This document shows positions 18,801 to 27,970 of a stretch of 64,000 nucleotides of DNA, one piece after another (positions within the stretch are counted from its first letter, which is position 1; each line of letters opens with the position of its first letter). This DNA is from Planctomycetota bacterium (GTDB lineage: Bacteria > Planctomycetota > UBA8108 > SXIK01): positions 5,856,001 through 5,920,000 of the forward strand of contig OZ244999.1 in NCBI GenBank assembly GCA_965223265.1. The letters run 5' to 3'. The notes beneath the pieces were generated by a model. The model ran no database searches. It was not told the DNA's origin and saw nothing but the letters and a program-made list of their open reading frames with translations. The translations under genes and the position numbers were made by a program.

Positions 18801-21313
18801 GCTGCGCCATCGACGTTCGTCCGATCGCTTAGTCGCGTCACCCATGCAGTCAACTTCGATGGATCCCAAAGCGCTAGCAGTTGTAGCTGGGTGCGTTCGA
18901 GCCAAATGGCCCGAGGCCGAGTGTCGTAAGCTCGCTCAAACTGCGGGGCGTTGACACGAACAACCGCGACTGCATGGCCAACCCCGCCCGGAAATGCACG
19001 CGTCAAGTTCAGCCGCGTCTCAACGAGCTCATTGACATGCCCGCGCACTGAGATGCGCTCACTGAAGAGGTGAACACCGGGAACCTGTAGTGCGCGATCA
19101 CGCTGCAATTCCTCGTCGCGATCGACTTCCTCGAGCCACTCACGGTAGCGAAGAAATCGCCCCCAATCCGCAACTTCCACGCGGTACACGGAGAGGTCGA
19201 TCGATTCGAGGTTGATCGCATAGCAAGAGAGCCCCGGCGGCCTGTCGGGGTCGAGGACGACTTTCTTTTCCGAACCCACGAAGTGGAGCCCTGGTCGCTC
19301 GCGCGTTTCGTCGAAGTGCAGTGTCACGTCGCCGCCGAGGGTCCGCCCCTGATGGTCACGGAGGCTGCTGGGAAGGGTCACTTGAAACGCTGTGGCGTCG
19401 GTGTCGTCGATGACGATCGTGAGGCTCTGACGTTCTACCTCGATGCGACTCGAGGTCACAGCCGGGCAGATTCCAATCCTTGAATGATCGCCAAGGGATG
19501 ATGGATCGAGCGGTGCTGTGAACGAGATTCCAAGCTCGACTCGATCGAAGCCGTCGGCGCCGTGGTACTCGACCGCGAAATCGTCACGTTTCTTCTCGCG
19601 GTACACCTCGAAGCGAAGACGCTCAACGCGATCGCTGACCTGCTCGCCGACGAGGGAACGAACTCCAGGTTTGAGCTCGACGTCGACGTGATCCGAAAGC
19701 AACTCGGGGACTCGGTAAGCAACCCAGTTCCCAGGCCGCACAGCCCTCCGAACCGACCCCCTTTGGGGATTCAACGGTTGCTCCCAGTCGTTGCTGTCCG
19801 ACTGAAGCTCTCGCTGCTTCAAAGAGTAGTGTTCCTCGACGTCTTCCCACGTCAAACGCTCTACTGCGACCCGCTTCCCCTCGCAGCTCACAACCAGTCG
19901 CTCCTGCACCGAAGCTACATCGATCGGCTGGTTGAAGACGAGAACGATGGGTGCATTGCTGTCGACGCGCCAGTCGGATGGATGAAAACGTACGAGCCGG
20001 GGCGGGGCTGTTGAAAACTCGAAGACTGCCGTCTCTTCGAGCAGGGCTCCCGAAAGTGACGTGAGGGAGCGAGGCACTTCGACGCGATAGCGCGTCGCCA
20101 TCGGAAAAAACCGTTCCTGCGGTGTAGTGCCAGGGACGAAAAGAAGTGTCCGTGTGTCCAACCACCTCCAGTTTCCTACCGCATGCGGCTTCAGCTGCAG
20201 CGACGGCGCGGAAGAAGGAACGAGCTGCATTCCAAGCGGCACCATCGGCTGCGAGAAGGTGACCCGGATATGATCCGCGCGTTCGACACCCCCCTGCGGG
20301 GAGAAACGTACGATGCGAAGAGGCTCGCGTGCGTCTGCGTTTCCAGACACGTCCTCGGCGCCGCGGCGAGTCGTGTTCGACGCCAGACCGACGCGGCGAG
20401 ACGGCGGCGTTGTCGAAGGTGAGGCGGGAAGAGGTCGCTGCTCGGTCGGTAGCTGCAGCAGCGCGTCCTGCTTCTTCTCTGGAGCCTTCAGATGCGGCAG
20501 GCGGTAGAAGATGCTCGCAGCCTTGGAAGAGGCGAGCGGTTCGGGAGTGCATGGCGCGGCGCGGTCTCGATGCAACGAGCCGACAGTGGGAGGCCTCGCA
20601 GGCGCCGACGCCGACTCGGAGAGTCGAAACGGCGGTTCATCCGCATCGCTCTCAATGGGCCAACCGAACGCCGCTTCGAACGTCGCTCCGAGCGTCACCG
20701 CCACCAGAGAGGAGAGAAACCAGGGAAAGGATGCGCGTCGGCTGCAGTCTGGCCGGAGCCCCCGTCGAAGTCGCCGTCGAGGTCGCCGAGATCGCCGTCG
20801 CATCGCGCCCTCCTGGAACTTCTCCATCCCTGAAGCTTTCGACTCAATGCTTCAGTGTAACTGCGCACGGTCACGGAACTGTCATGAAAAGAAAAACGCT
20901 GCCTCTTGGCTTCTTGAGCGGGGAGAGAAGTCGAGCACTGCGCGAGGACGACGCAAATTCGGACGGCACTCACGGCGAGCTTTCGAGAGCCAAAGGCCGA
21001 CACCATCTCCGGTTCCGCTTCGGTCTCTTTCTCGAACTCCGAGTTCGTGTCGGTTCTATGTCCGTAATCCGACTCCGTCCCCCGATACCTACCCCAGAAT
21101 GGCAAGTAAGAACGCCGAAGAGCGCACTACGGAGACCCAAAACTGCTGGTGCCCCCGTTCGAAGAGTGAAAACGACTGATGTCTACTCTACATTTCGCAG
21201 GCTGGGAGTTTATCTCGCAGTCGCGCAGGTCGTTCTGCCGTTCCGCGAGTGCCACACAACTCTTTATATGTCGCCTTCTGTCACAGGCCGGCATCGGAAG
21301 CTCAAAAGCGATA

Positions 21314-22591
21314 TCAAGGAGTCGATTGTTTCGTGTCGGCTGCCGGCAAGCTGGTATTGAGTCGTCGATTCAAGAGTTGTCTCACCGCCGGAGTTGGAGC
21401 CAATTCGAGTGCCGTATTCATATATCTGGCCGCCGCATCGGAGTTTCCACATCGCCGATGCAGATCTGCGAGTACGGCAGCCCACATGTAGGAGTTACTC
21501 AGCCACGTTGGCGGTTCAAAGCCGCTTAGAATGGCGAGACCCGCCTCGGGTCCATCGCACTCTGCGACCGCTATAGCCCGGTTCAGTTTGTGTACTGGGG
21601 AGGGTGAAACTAGCTCCAGCAACGAATAGCAGTCCACGACTCTGCTCCAACGGGTCGCATGGAACGAAGGTGAGAGGCAGTGCTCCGCAGCGACTCCTGC
21701 CTCAGCGTGGTAACGAGAAAAACAGTCCCCTTGCGCCGACTTCGCTAGCCACTTCAATCCAGATTGGATTTGATCTCGGTCCCACAGTGCCCGGTCTTGC
21801 TCCTCCAAGAGAAGCAATCCGCCAGACCCGTCCTCACGAGCAGCCATCCGAGCCACGTGAAGATGCATCAACGCCAGAAGTGCGAACGTCTCTGGACTCT
21901 GACCTACCGGATGTTCAGCCAAGGCGGAAGCCAGGCGTATCGCTTCTTCGCAGAGCTCCAGTCGAGTCGCGTGCTCTCCGTGAAAGGAAAGGTAGCCTTC
22001 TGTAAACAGTACATAGAGGGTCCGATTTACCGCAGGTAATCGCCAAGAATACTGGGCACCAGAGAGCTCGCCGAGCTGTGGCGGGTCCTGCCGCAGACGA
22101 GAGCGGGCTCGACTGAGACGTTTGTATACGCTGGTTTCGCTCGCAAACAACCGAAGCGCAATCTCTCGAACCCCGAATCCGCAGAGCACTTTCAGCGCCA
22201 GCACTAACTGTGATTCCTGCGGAATGGCATCGTCGCAACAGACAAATAGCATTCGCAGCAGGTCGTCTCGCATCTCCCCAACAAAAGAGCACTCCGGACT
22301 GTTTTCCGGAGTGCCCAGGCCTTCGTGTCCGAACTGCTCGAGAATGCGTCCGCGCCGCGTTCGTTGCCGCAGCTCAGTCATGAGGTCGTTGTGCGCCACC
22401 CGAAATAGCCAAGCTGACGGGTTATCGGGCGCCGCCGCGGCCGTCCACTCCTCAAGCGCCTTCATCAGGGCGGACTGAACCGCGTCCTCTACGGCCTCGA
22501 TGTGCTGTACTCCGACCCGGTGCGACAGCGCGGCAACGAGACGACTGTACTCATGCCGGAAGAAGTGCTCGACCAGTTTCGGCGTGCTCAA
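21314..22591 (-). CDS. ECF sigma factor with C-terminal TPR/DUF6596 extension (ECF42-like)
   Basis: EDAVQSAL, PSAWLFRVAHN, DDLLRMLFVCC, LFTEGY, LLEEQDRALWD, LNRAIA; TTG start overlaps the stop of the DGPF gene. Confidence 0.9.
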   Translation of the reverse strand: MSTPKLVEHFFRHEYSRLVAALSHRVGVQHIEAVEDAVQSALMKALEEWTAAAAPDNPSAWLFRVAHNDLMTELRQRTRRGRILEQFGHEGLGTPENSPECSFVGEMRDDLLRMLFVCCDDAIPQESQLVLALKVLCGFGVREIALRLFASETSVYKRLSRARSRLRQDPPQLGELSGAQYSWRLPAVNRTLYVLFTEGYLSFHGEHATRLELCEEAIRLASALAEHPVGQSPETFALLALMHLHVARMAAREDGSGGLLLLEEQDRALWDRDQIQSGLKWLAKSAQGDCFSRYHAEAGVAAEHCLSPSFHATRWSRVVDCYSLLELVSPSPVHKLNRAIAVAECDGPEAGLAILSGFEPPTWLSNSYMWAAVLADLHRRCGNSDAAARYMNTALELAPTPAVRQLLNRRLNTSLPAADTKQSTP

Positions 22592-22935
22592 GGAGTACGA
22601 ATCTCTCTGACTTCTACGCTTGAACCGGGCATAACGACGCCCGGAGATTCTTGAGCCACTTCGACCGCCTCTTCCAGACTTTCTGCCTCGATAATCATAT
22701 ACCCGCCGACCACCTCCTTCGCCTCCACGAATGGCCCATCCGTTGCACCTGCTAAGGTGACTACTTTTCCGTCTCCCAACTTCCCGCCCATGTCGACGAG
22801 GTTCTCCTGGAACTTCTCCTTCCATGCATTGAACTTGGCATACATCTCTTCCATGCGTGCGGGAGACGGTCGTTCGCAGTTCGCCTGTTCGGCCGGCTGG
22901 GCTCGTTGGATACAAAGGTACTTTCGCTTTGACAT
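22588..22935 (-). CDS. YciI/DGPF-domain protein
   Basis: TDGPFVEAKEVVGGY, SVEVREI; GGAGGT RBS; canonical ECF42 partner. Confidence 0.92.
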   Translation of the reverse strand: MSKRKYLCIQRAQPAEQANCERPSPARMEEMYAKFNAWKEKFQENLVDMGGKLGDGKVVTLAGATDGPFVEAKEVVGGYMIIEAESLEEAVEVAQESPGVVMPGSSVEVREIRTP

Positions 22936-23342
22936 CGTGACCTCCTTTGGTCGTTGCGTTGTGGCGTCGGTCGGACTCAGCCGACACCACATGACGCATG
23001 GGCACGCTCGTTTTGGACACACCAGCGCGCCTTTTTTCGGAGTTCGTCGTAAGTCACTGGAAAGTAACCAATTATGAGCGCCGAGTCGGCTGCAATGTTG
23101 GCCACGGTTCTAACTTTATACCGAATAGCCGGTTCCGAAAAGACTCCGTACTTCGGCCGCCTCCCCGACGAAGATGGATTCTACCCACAGAATCTTTGGT
23201 GTTAGAGGTGGCGACCCCCAGGCAGGCGCCAGAGTTCCGGACCAGAGAAGGTCCGGAGAAAGAGAAGAGTACCTCGTCCGCACGAGCTCTCGACCAGGGG
23301 CGCAGATGGCACGTCACAACCGCTCGGGTACCACTGCGCCCA

Positions 23343-23888
23343 TCATCGAAAAAACAAACGAGTGAGAATCCACCTCCAGAGACGATAGATCCACCACCCC
23401 TCCGACCACCACCACAGCCGATCGCCCGCCCTATCGAGATCCTCACGGTACTGCTGACGCTGCGCGATCGCTTCAACCTCGTAGCGCGCCAGGACCTCGC
23501 GCGTCAAAGGGCTGAGCTCATCTTCCGCCTCACCTGAGGAATCGGGCACGTCCTCGGCCTCTGATAGCGCGTCCAGCTCGCCGTCGTCGAGCCAGACGAA
23601 CGAGCACGTCGGACAGACGTCCAGCTCGAGGGAGTCCTCGTCCTCTTCGTCCACCTTGTAGACGGCCATCTGCTTGGTACATACCGGACAGGCAACACCG
23701 TGACGCGATTCCTGCGCCCGAGCCGACTCCCAAATCTCACGCACCGCTTCAGAAGACGCGCTTTTGCGCAGCACGCCAACCGAGACCCCGTGTCCACCGC
23801 AATCGGGGCACGTCCAGGCGAAACCGTTCGGGCCACGGACACGCTCCAGATGGAGCGAGCAGCGCGGACAGAGAAAAGTCGCCGACAT
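23343..23888 (-). CDS. Double zf-TFIIB-like zinc-ribbon protein
   Basis: CPRC..CPDC and CPVC..LDVCPTC.FVWLDDGEL; Trp-rich C-terminus. Confidence 0.8.
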   Translation of the reverse strand: MSATFLCPRCSLHLERVRGPNGFAWTCPDCGGHGVSVGVLRKSASSEAVREIWESARAQESRHGVACPVCTKQMAVYKVDEEDEDSLELDVCPTCSFVWLDDGELDALSEAEDVPDSSGEAEDELSPLTREVLARYEVEAIAQRQQYREDLDRAGDRLWWWSEGWWIYRLWRWILTRLFFR

Positions 23889-24082
23889 CTCTTCAGAGTA
23901 CCTCGCAACGACCCGGATAGACTCCCCGAACGACTCTCCTCCCGCAACGACGTCGATCTACATGCCAAGGCTAGCGTAACCTCACGCGGTCCTTGCATCA
24001 ACACGACGAGCCAGTCCGGTTTGACAACTCTCGCCTTGGCAGCCCGTCCCTACAGTCGCACATCCAAGTCGAGGACTTAGCG

Positions 24083-25687
24083 TTAGGGCTCCCACACCAG
24101 CACCTGCCCATCTCTTCTTAAGATCCTTTGGAGCTCGGCCACATCGAGGTCCTGCAGCGCGACGTTCCTGTCGATCGCCATGCAGGCGGCAGTCGCGGCA
24201 GACTGACCGAGGACCATGAACACTGGCTCCATGCGAATGGACCCGAAGGCGATGTGGGAGGCGGCAACACAGACAGGCACGAGCAGGTTCTCGCACTCCT
24301 TGCGTCGCGGGCGGATCGAGCGGTAGGCAATGGGATAGGGAGAGAATCCTCCGACCTCTACGTCACCTTCGTTCCAGACGCGGCCGTCCTTTACGTAGCG
24401 CTGCACATGGTGAGAGTCCATCGTGTAGGCGGCAAGGCCAATTGCGTCGTCGATCTCAGCACGTCCCTCACAGTCGTGCTGCGTCATGACGTAGTCCGAA
24501 ACCATGCGACGCGCCTCGCGAACGTAGAGTTCGTGTGGCCATCCCCCGTTGTCAATGAACTCGTCTTTGGGGAGGCCCCACTGTCTCACTTCATCTTGAA
24601 ACGCCGACGGTACTCGAGGATCATTCGCGAGGAACCACATCAATCCTTGTTGGTAGTTCTTGTGCTCCTCAAAGATGCGCGCTCGAGTGTCGTAGTCACC
24701 TTCGGGATAACCGTAGTTCATGCCGATGTTGTCGGTCGCGAACGCGCCTTTGTTGTTCGTGTCGGTTTTTTGGTTCGGCATCGCCTTCGATAGCTTCAGA
24801 ACAGTCCAGTGTCCCGCCTTCAGATAGCGCAGCAGCAACTCATAGCGCAGTGGATCGTAGGAGTCCGGTTTCGGAAACGGCAAGCGATTGTCCGGAGCAT
24901 TCGTCAGACACATGCGGAAGCAGTAAGCCTGAACCCGGTGGTCGCCGCTTCCTTCCTCGCCTGGACCCCCGGCTTGAATTCCCGGCAACAGACCGCTGCT
25001 CGCGTCGCCGGGAACGATATACGGGTCTATGGCACATTCAAACTGGTGGTATTTCGCATTCCTGGTTTGAACCCCGTTCAACGTCTCGCCATAAACCAGG
25101 TTGGATTCGCGGCCCACGTGGTATGAGACGCCGGCTTTCGCCATCAGATCCCCTTCGTAGGTGGCGTCGACAAACATCTTTCCTGCGAAACGGCGACCAC
25201 TCTCCATGGTGATGTTGACGATCCGGCGGCCACGTGTTTCGACGCCGCTTCTGAGATCCAGACGCTCCTCGAGGACGACCGAGATCCCTTCTTCTCTCAC
25301 CATTTCGTTGTAAGTGTCTTCGGCGACGTGAGGTTCAAAGGTCCAGGATTCGCTTTGACCGTAGTGCTTTCCAAGGCGTTGATAGAACTCGCGGGAAATC
25401 CCGCCGATCGCCTTTTTGTTGCCGATGTCCGTTGCGCCCAGACCGCTGGCGGTCAAGCCGCCAAGGTGTTTTCCAGGGTGAACGATGACTACAGTCTTCC
25501 CCAGACGCGCGCTCTGAACCGCAGCCACGACGCCGGCGGAGGTGCCACCATAGACAACAACGTCATAGGAGTTCGCCGCAACGGCCGCTTGGGGAGCGTC
25601 TGCGGTTGGCGCACTCTCGGACAGTTCGCACGAGGCCGTTAGAAGGACCAGCGCCATCAGCGTGCTGGCTTGTGCAAGTCTCCCCAT
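24083..25687 (-). CDS. FAD-dependent oxidoreductase (FAD_oxidored family), predicted lipoprotein
   Basis: VVVYGGTSAGV, DATYEGDL, LYVREARR, ASHIAFGSIRMEP; lipobox-like LTASC. Confidence 0.9.
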   Translation of the reverse strand: MGRLAQASTLMALVLLTASCELSESAPTADAPQAAVAANSYDVVVYGGTSAGVVAAVQSARLGKTVVIVHPGKHLGGLTASGLGATDIGNKKAIGGISREFYQRLGKHYGQSESWTFEPHVAEDTYNEMVREEGISVVLEERLDLRSGVETRGRRIVNITMESGRRFAGKMFVDATYEGDLMAKAGVSYHVGRESNLVYGETLNGVQTRNAKYHQFECAIDPYIVPGDASSGLLPGIQAGGPGEEGSGDHRVQAYCFRMCLTNAPDNRLPFPKPDSYDPLRYELLLRYLKAGHWTVLKLSKAMPNQKTDTNNKGAFATDNIGMNYGYPEGDYDTRARIFEEHKNYQQGLMWFLANDPRVPSAFQDEVRQWGLPKDEFIDNGGWPHELYVREARRMVSDYVMTQHDCEGRAEIDDAIGLAAYTMDSHHVQRYVKDGRVWNEGDVEVGGFSPYPIAYRSIRPRRKECENLLVPVCVAASHIAFGSIRMEPVFMVLGQSAATAACMAIDRNVALQDLDVAELQRILRRDGQVLVWEP

Positions 25688-26928
25688 CAGGCATGACCTC
25701 GTAGTCTAGAGTTGGGCGTCGCGGCAGCAGCAAGCATTCTCGGGCGCGCCAGAAATTCCACGCTGTGGACGATCGCCTCGCGCATCGCTTGGCCAAGAGG
25801 GCTTTGCTGCGGATAGGAAAGAAACTCCAGGTCAAGCTTGAGCCGACTCGAGACTTCAAGGGCGAGGATCGGCCAAAGGACACCGATGTCGCCGATGACC
25901 GGGATACTACCCGGCAGCCGAGCGAAACCAGACATCTCCATACGAAACGGGATGTTGAGCAATTTGGTCTTCGGCAATCCTTGGTTGATCGCTTCCTGCA
26001 CTGTCGCCGAACCACGCTCTATCTCGCACACCGTCTGCAAATTGGCGTCAAGGTCGAAACGCACGAGCGTTTTGCCCTCCAGTGAGTAGGTAGGGTGCCC
26101 ATCCCAATCGGCCCAAATGCCGTGACCGGTGAACGTTTCAAAGGGACCGTCGTGGATCTCCTGGGTGAGGGCCACGGCCGACTCGATGATGACCTCGGAT
26201 TCAGAGAGAGTCTTCGCGACGCGTGCGGCGCGCTCGGTGATCGAGATGCTGTCGCCGATCGCTAGCCCGACACCGCCGCCACCGACCAGTTGTGGGATCG
26301 AAACGAGCACCGGGACGCCCGCGCGGTAGCCGGCGCCGACCATCGTTCTCGGGTCCGCGCCGCGACCGGCGATCTCCTCGAAGGGTCGACCTTCCATTTT
26401 GGCTCGCTGCAGCACCTCGGCAGAGATTCGCTCAGTGCGATACCCCAGAGGATAGGCCATGTTGCCCGCAGCCTTGATGATTTCGTCGCCCTCTGCGGCT
26501 CGGAGAACATCGATGAGCTCGCCATCCAGTGGGAGCTCCTGCTGAATCGTCCGCAGCTGATCGCCTTCGAGTAGCGACAACTCGAAATGACCGCCCAGAG
26601 GCAGCTTCTCAGGCGGCAATCCACAGCGCGCGCCGTCGACTCGCTTGACACGGTCGAGCGTCCCGGCCATCTCGTGCGCGACGACGGCAGAACTGGTAGT
26701 CACTCCGTCGACGATGCCAACGCGGATCAGTTCCGCGATCAGGGTCGTCACCCCTTCGTGCAGATTCGGCCCACTTCCGGTGACTACGGTCACCTTGCCG
26801 CCGGATTCTTTAGCGTCAACGATGCGATCGATCGCCGCCTGCAGATGGTCTCTCGCGTCTGGGGACAGCGCGCCCTTGAGCTCGGCAATCGCGGCGCGGT
26901 CTATACGGTTGAAAAACTCTGGCATCAC
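25687..26928 (-). CDS. Conserved hypothetical protein, possible deoxyhypusine-synthase-like fold
   Basis: GSGPNLHEGVTTLIAELIRVGIVDGVTTSSA resembles the DHS N-terminus; abuts kdsB and overlaps the FAD gene start. Confidence 0.6.
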   Translation of the reverse strand: MMPEFFNRIDRAAIAELKGALSPDARDHLQAAIDRIVDAKESGGKVTVVTGSGPNLHEGVTTLIAELIRVGIVDGVTTSSAVVAHEMAGTLDRVKRVDGARCGLPPEKLPLGGHFELSLLEGDQLRTIQQELPLDGELIDVLRAAEGDEIIKAAGNMAYPLGYRTERISAEVLQRAKMEGRPFEEIAGRGADPRTMVGAGYRAGVPVLVSIPQLVGGGGVGLAIGDSISITERAARVAKTLSESEVIIESAVALTQEIHDGPFETFTGHGIWADWDGHPTYSLEGKTLVRFDLDANLQTVCEIERGSATVQEAINQGLPKTKLLNIPFRMEMSGFARLPGSIPVIGDIGVLWPILALEVSSRLKLDLEFLSYPQQSPLGQAMREAIVHSVEFLARPRMLAAAATPNSRLRGHA

Positions 26929-27687
26929 TTACTCCAGTCCACGCTCTTTCAACATGGCTTCTCCTCGCTTGATGTCATCTGGCGTATCGATGCTGAAACC
27001 GCTGAGCTCGCTATCCTTCGAAGCCGTGACAACACAACGCAATTTGTAGCCGTGCTCGATCACCCGCAGTTGCTCCAAGCCTTCAACACGCTCAAGCAAG
27101 GTCTGCGGCAGTCCGGCGAGCGTTGCAAGAAAGTCACGGCGATAGACGTACAGTCCCACGTGCTCGTACACCTGATGGGCGACGTCGTTGTGCGGCGCCG
27201 GTATGAGCGACCTCGAGAAATACATACCGTTTCCTTGCACATCGACAACCGTCTTGACGACGCCCGGATCGGCAAGATCTTCCGCTCGATGAATCGGATG
27301 GATCAACGTCGCCATGGGTAAGTCGGGATCATCGAGTAGCGGCTGCACCGACTCGTCGATCATGACCGGATCGATGAACGGCTGATCGCCTTGAACGTTG
27401 ACGATGATATCACTGCTGTGGCCGCCGGTGGTCTCTGCCGCCTGAGCGAGACGGTCTGTGCCGCTGGCGCAGTCCGGAGAGGTCATGACCGCCTTGCCAC
27501 CGAACGCCTCGACGGCGCCTCGGATCCGCTCGTCATCCGTTGCCACCCAGACCTCGTCGACTGAACGGGCGCGCGATGTCTGCTCGAAGACACGCTGGAT
27601 CATTGATTTCCCCAGGATCGGAGCCAGCGGCTTACCGGGCATGCGAGACGAAGCGTAACGAGCCGGGATCATCGCCACCACTTTCAC
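26929..27687 (-). CDS. kdsB: 3-deoxy-manno-octulosonate cytidylyltransferase (CMP-Kdo synthetase)
   Basis: IPARYASSRMPGKPL, SGTDR, NVQGDQP, YFSRS, HVGLYVY, LEQLR, IDTPDD; AGGAGG RBS then GTG. Confidence 0.95.
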   Translation of the reverse strand: MKVVAMIPARYASSRMPGKPLAPILGKSMIQRVFEQTSRARSVDEVWVATDDERIRGAVEAFGGKAVMTSPDCASGTDRLAQAAETTGGHSSDIIVNVQGDQPFIDPVMIDESVQPLLDDPDLPMATLIHPIHRAEDLADPGVVKTVVDVQGNGMYFSRSLIPAPHNDVAHQVYEHVGLYVYRRDFLATLAGLPQTLLERVEGLEQLRVIEHGYKLRCVVTASKDSELSGFSIDTPDDIKRGEAMLKERGLE

Positions 27688-27763
27688 GGTGAGCCTCCTA
27701 TCACACTGGTCGATCCACCGGACCGCCAACATCGATTGCGCTCTTCACGGCAGCTCTGATACG

Positions 27764-27970
27764 TCATTCACATGCGCTCGGACAACCCGCAATCGACGCA
27801 CAGCCGCTTCCAAGCACAGGCTCCGGTCCAGACGCGAAGAGGTGCAGGAGGGTGTACATAACGTCAGCGAGACCGACCACCATGTCGCCGTTGGTGTCGA
27901 GGAGAAGATCGTTCGCAGCCGCCGTCGTACATGGAAGCTCCGACGCGCCGTGGAAGAGATGGTCGAGCAT
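27764..27970 (-). pseudogene. Orphan 3' fragment of a dockerin-tagged secreted protein
   Basis: LDHLFHG..LPC...LLDTNGDMVVGLADVMYTLLHLFASGPEPVLGSGCASIAGCPSACE parallels the C-terminus of the CotH protein; the first EF-hand is missing. Confidence 0.75.

Larger units (their letters stand above)
10723..20803 (-). pseudogene. Bacterial alpha-2-macroglobulin (YfhM/YfaS-like), interrupted by two IS110-family elements
   Basis: N-terminal part 15722-20803: Ig-like domains, DRGVYRPGD, EYRRPEFE, RRDFRATALF, thioester YPYDCGEQ. Middle piece 14006-14052. C-terminal part 10723-12345: WRTTEENAFAL, VALVDPYPAGFE, ARVEAMYEPEVFGR. Removing 12346-14005 and 14053-15723 leaves a length divisible by 3 with a continuous E-T/E-A frame (~2250 aa). 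Confidence 0.92.

Noticed and set aside
20329-21360. Several overlapping ORFs upstream of the A2M gene
   Set aside because: Arg/Ser-rich shadow translations typical of GC-rich DNA, with no motifs.
21314-23020. 568-aa sigma factor with a long N-terminal extension
   Set aside because: The extension overlaps the DGPF gene in another frame; a TTG start at 22591 fits better.
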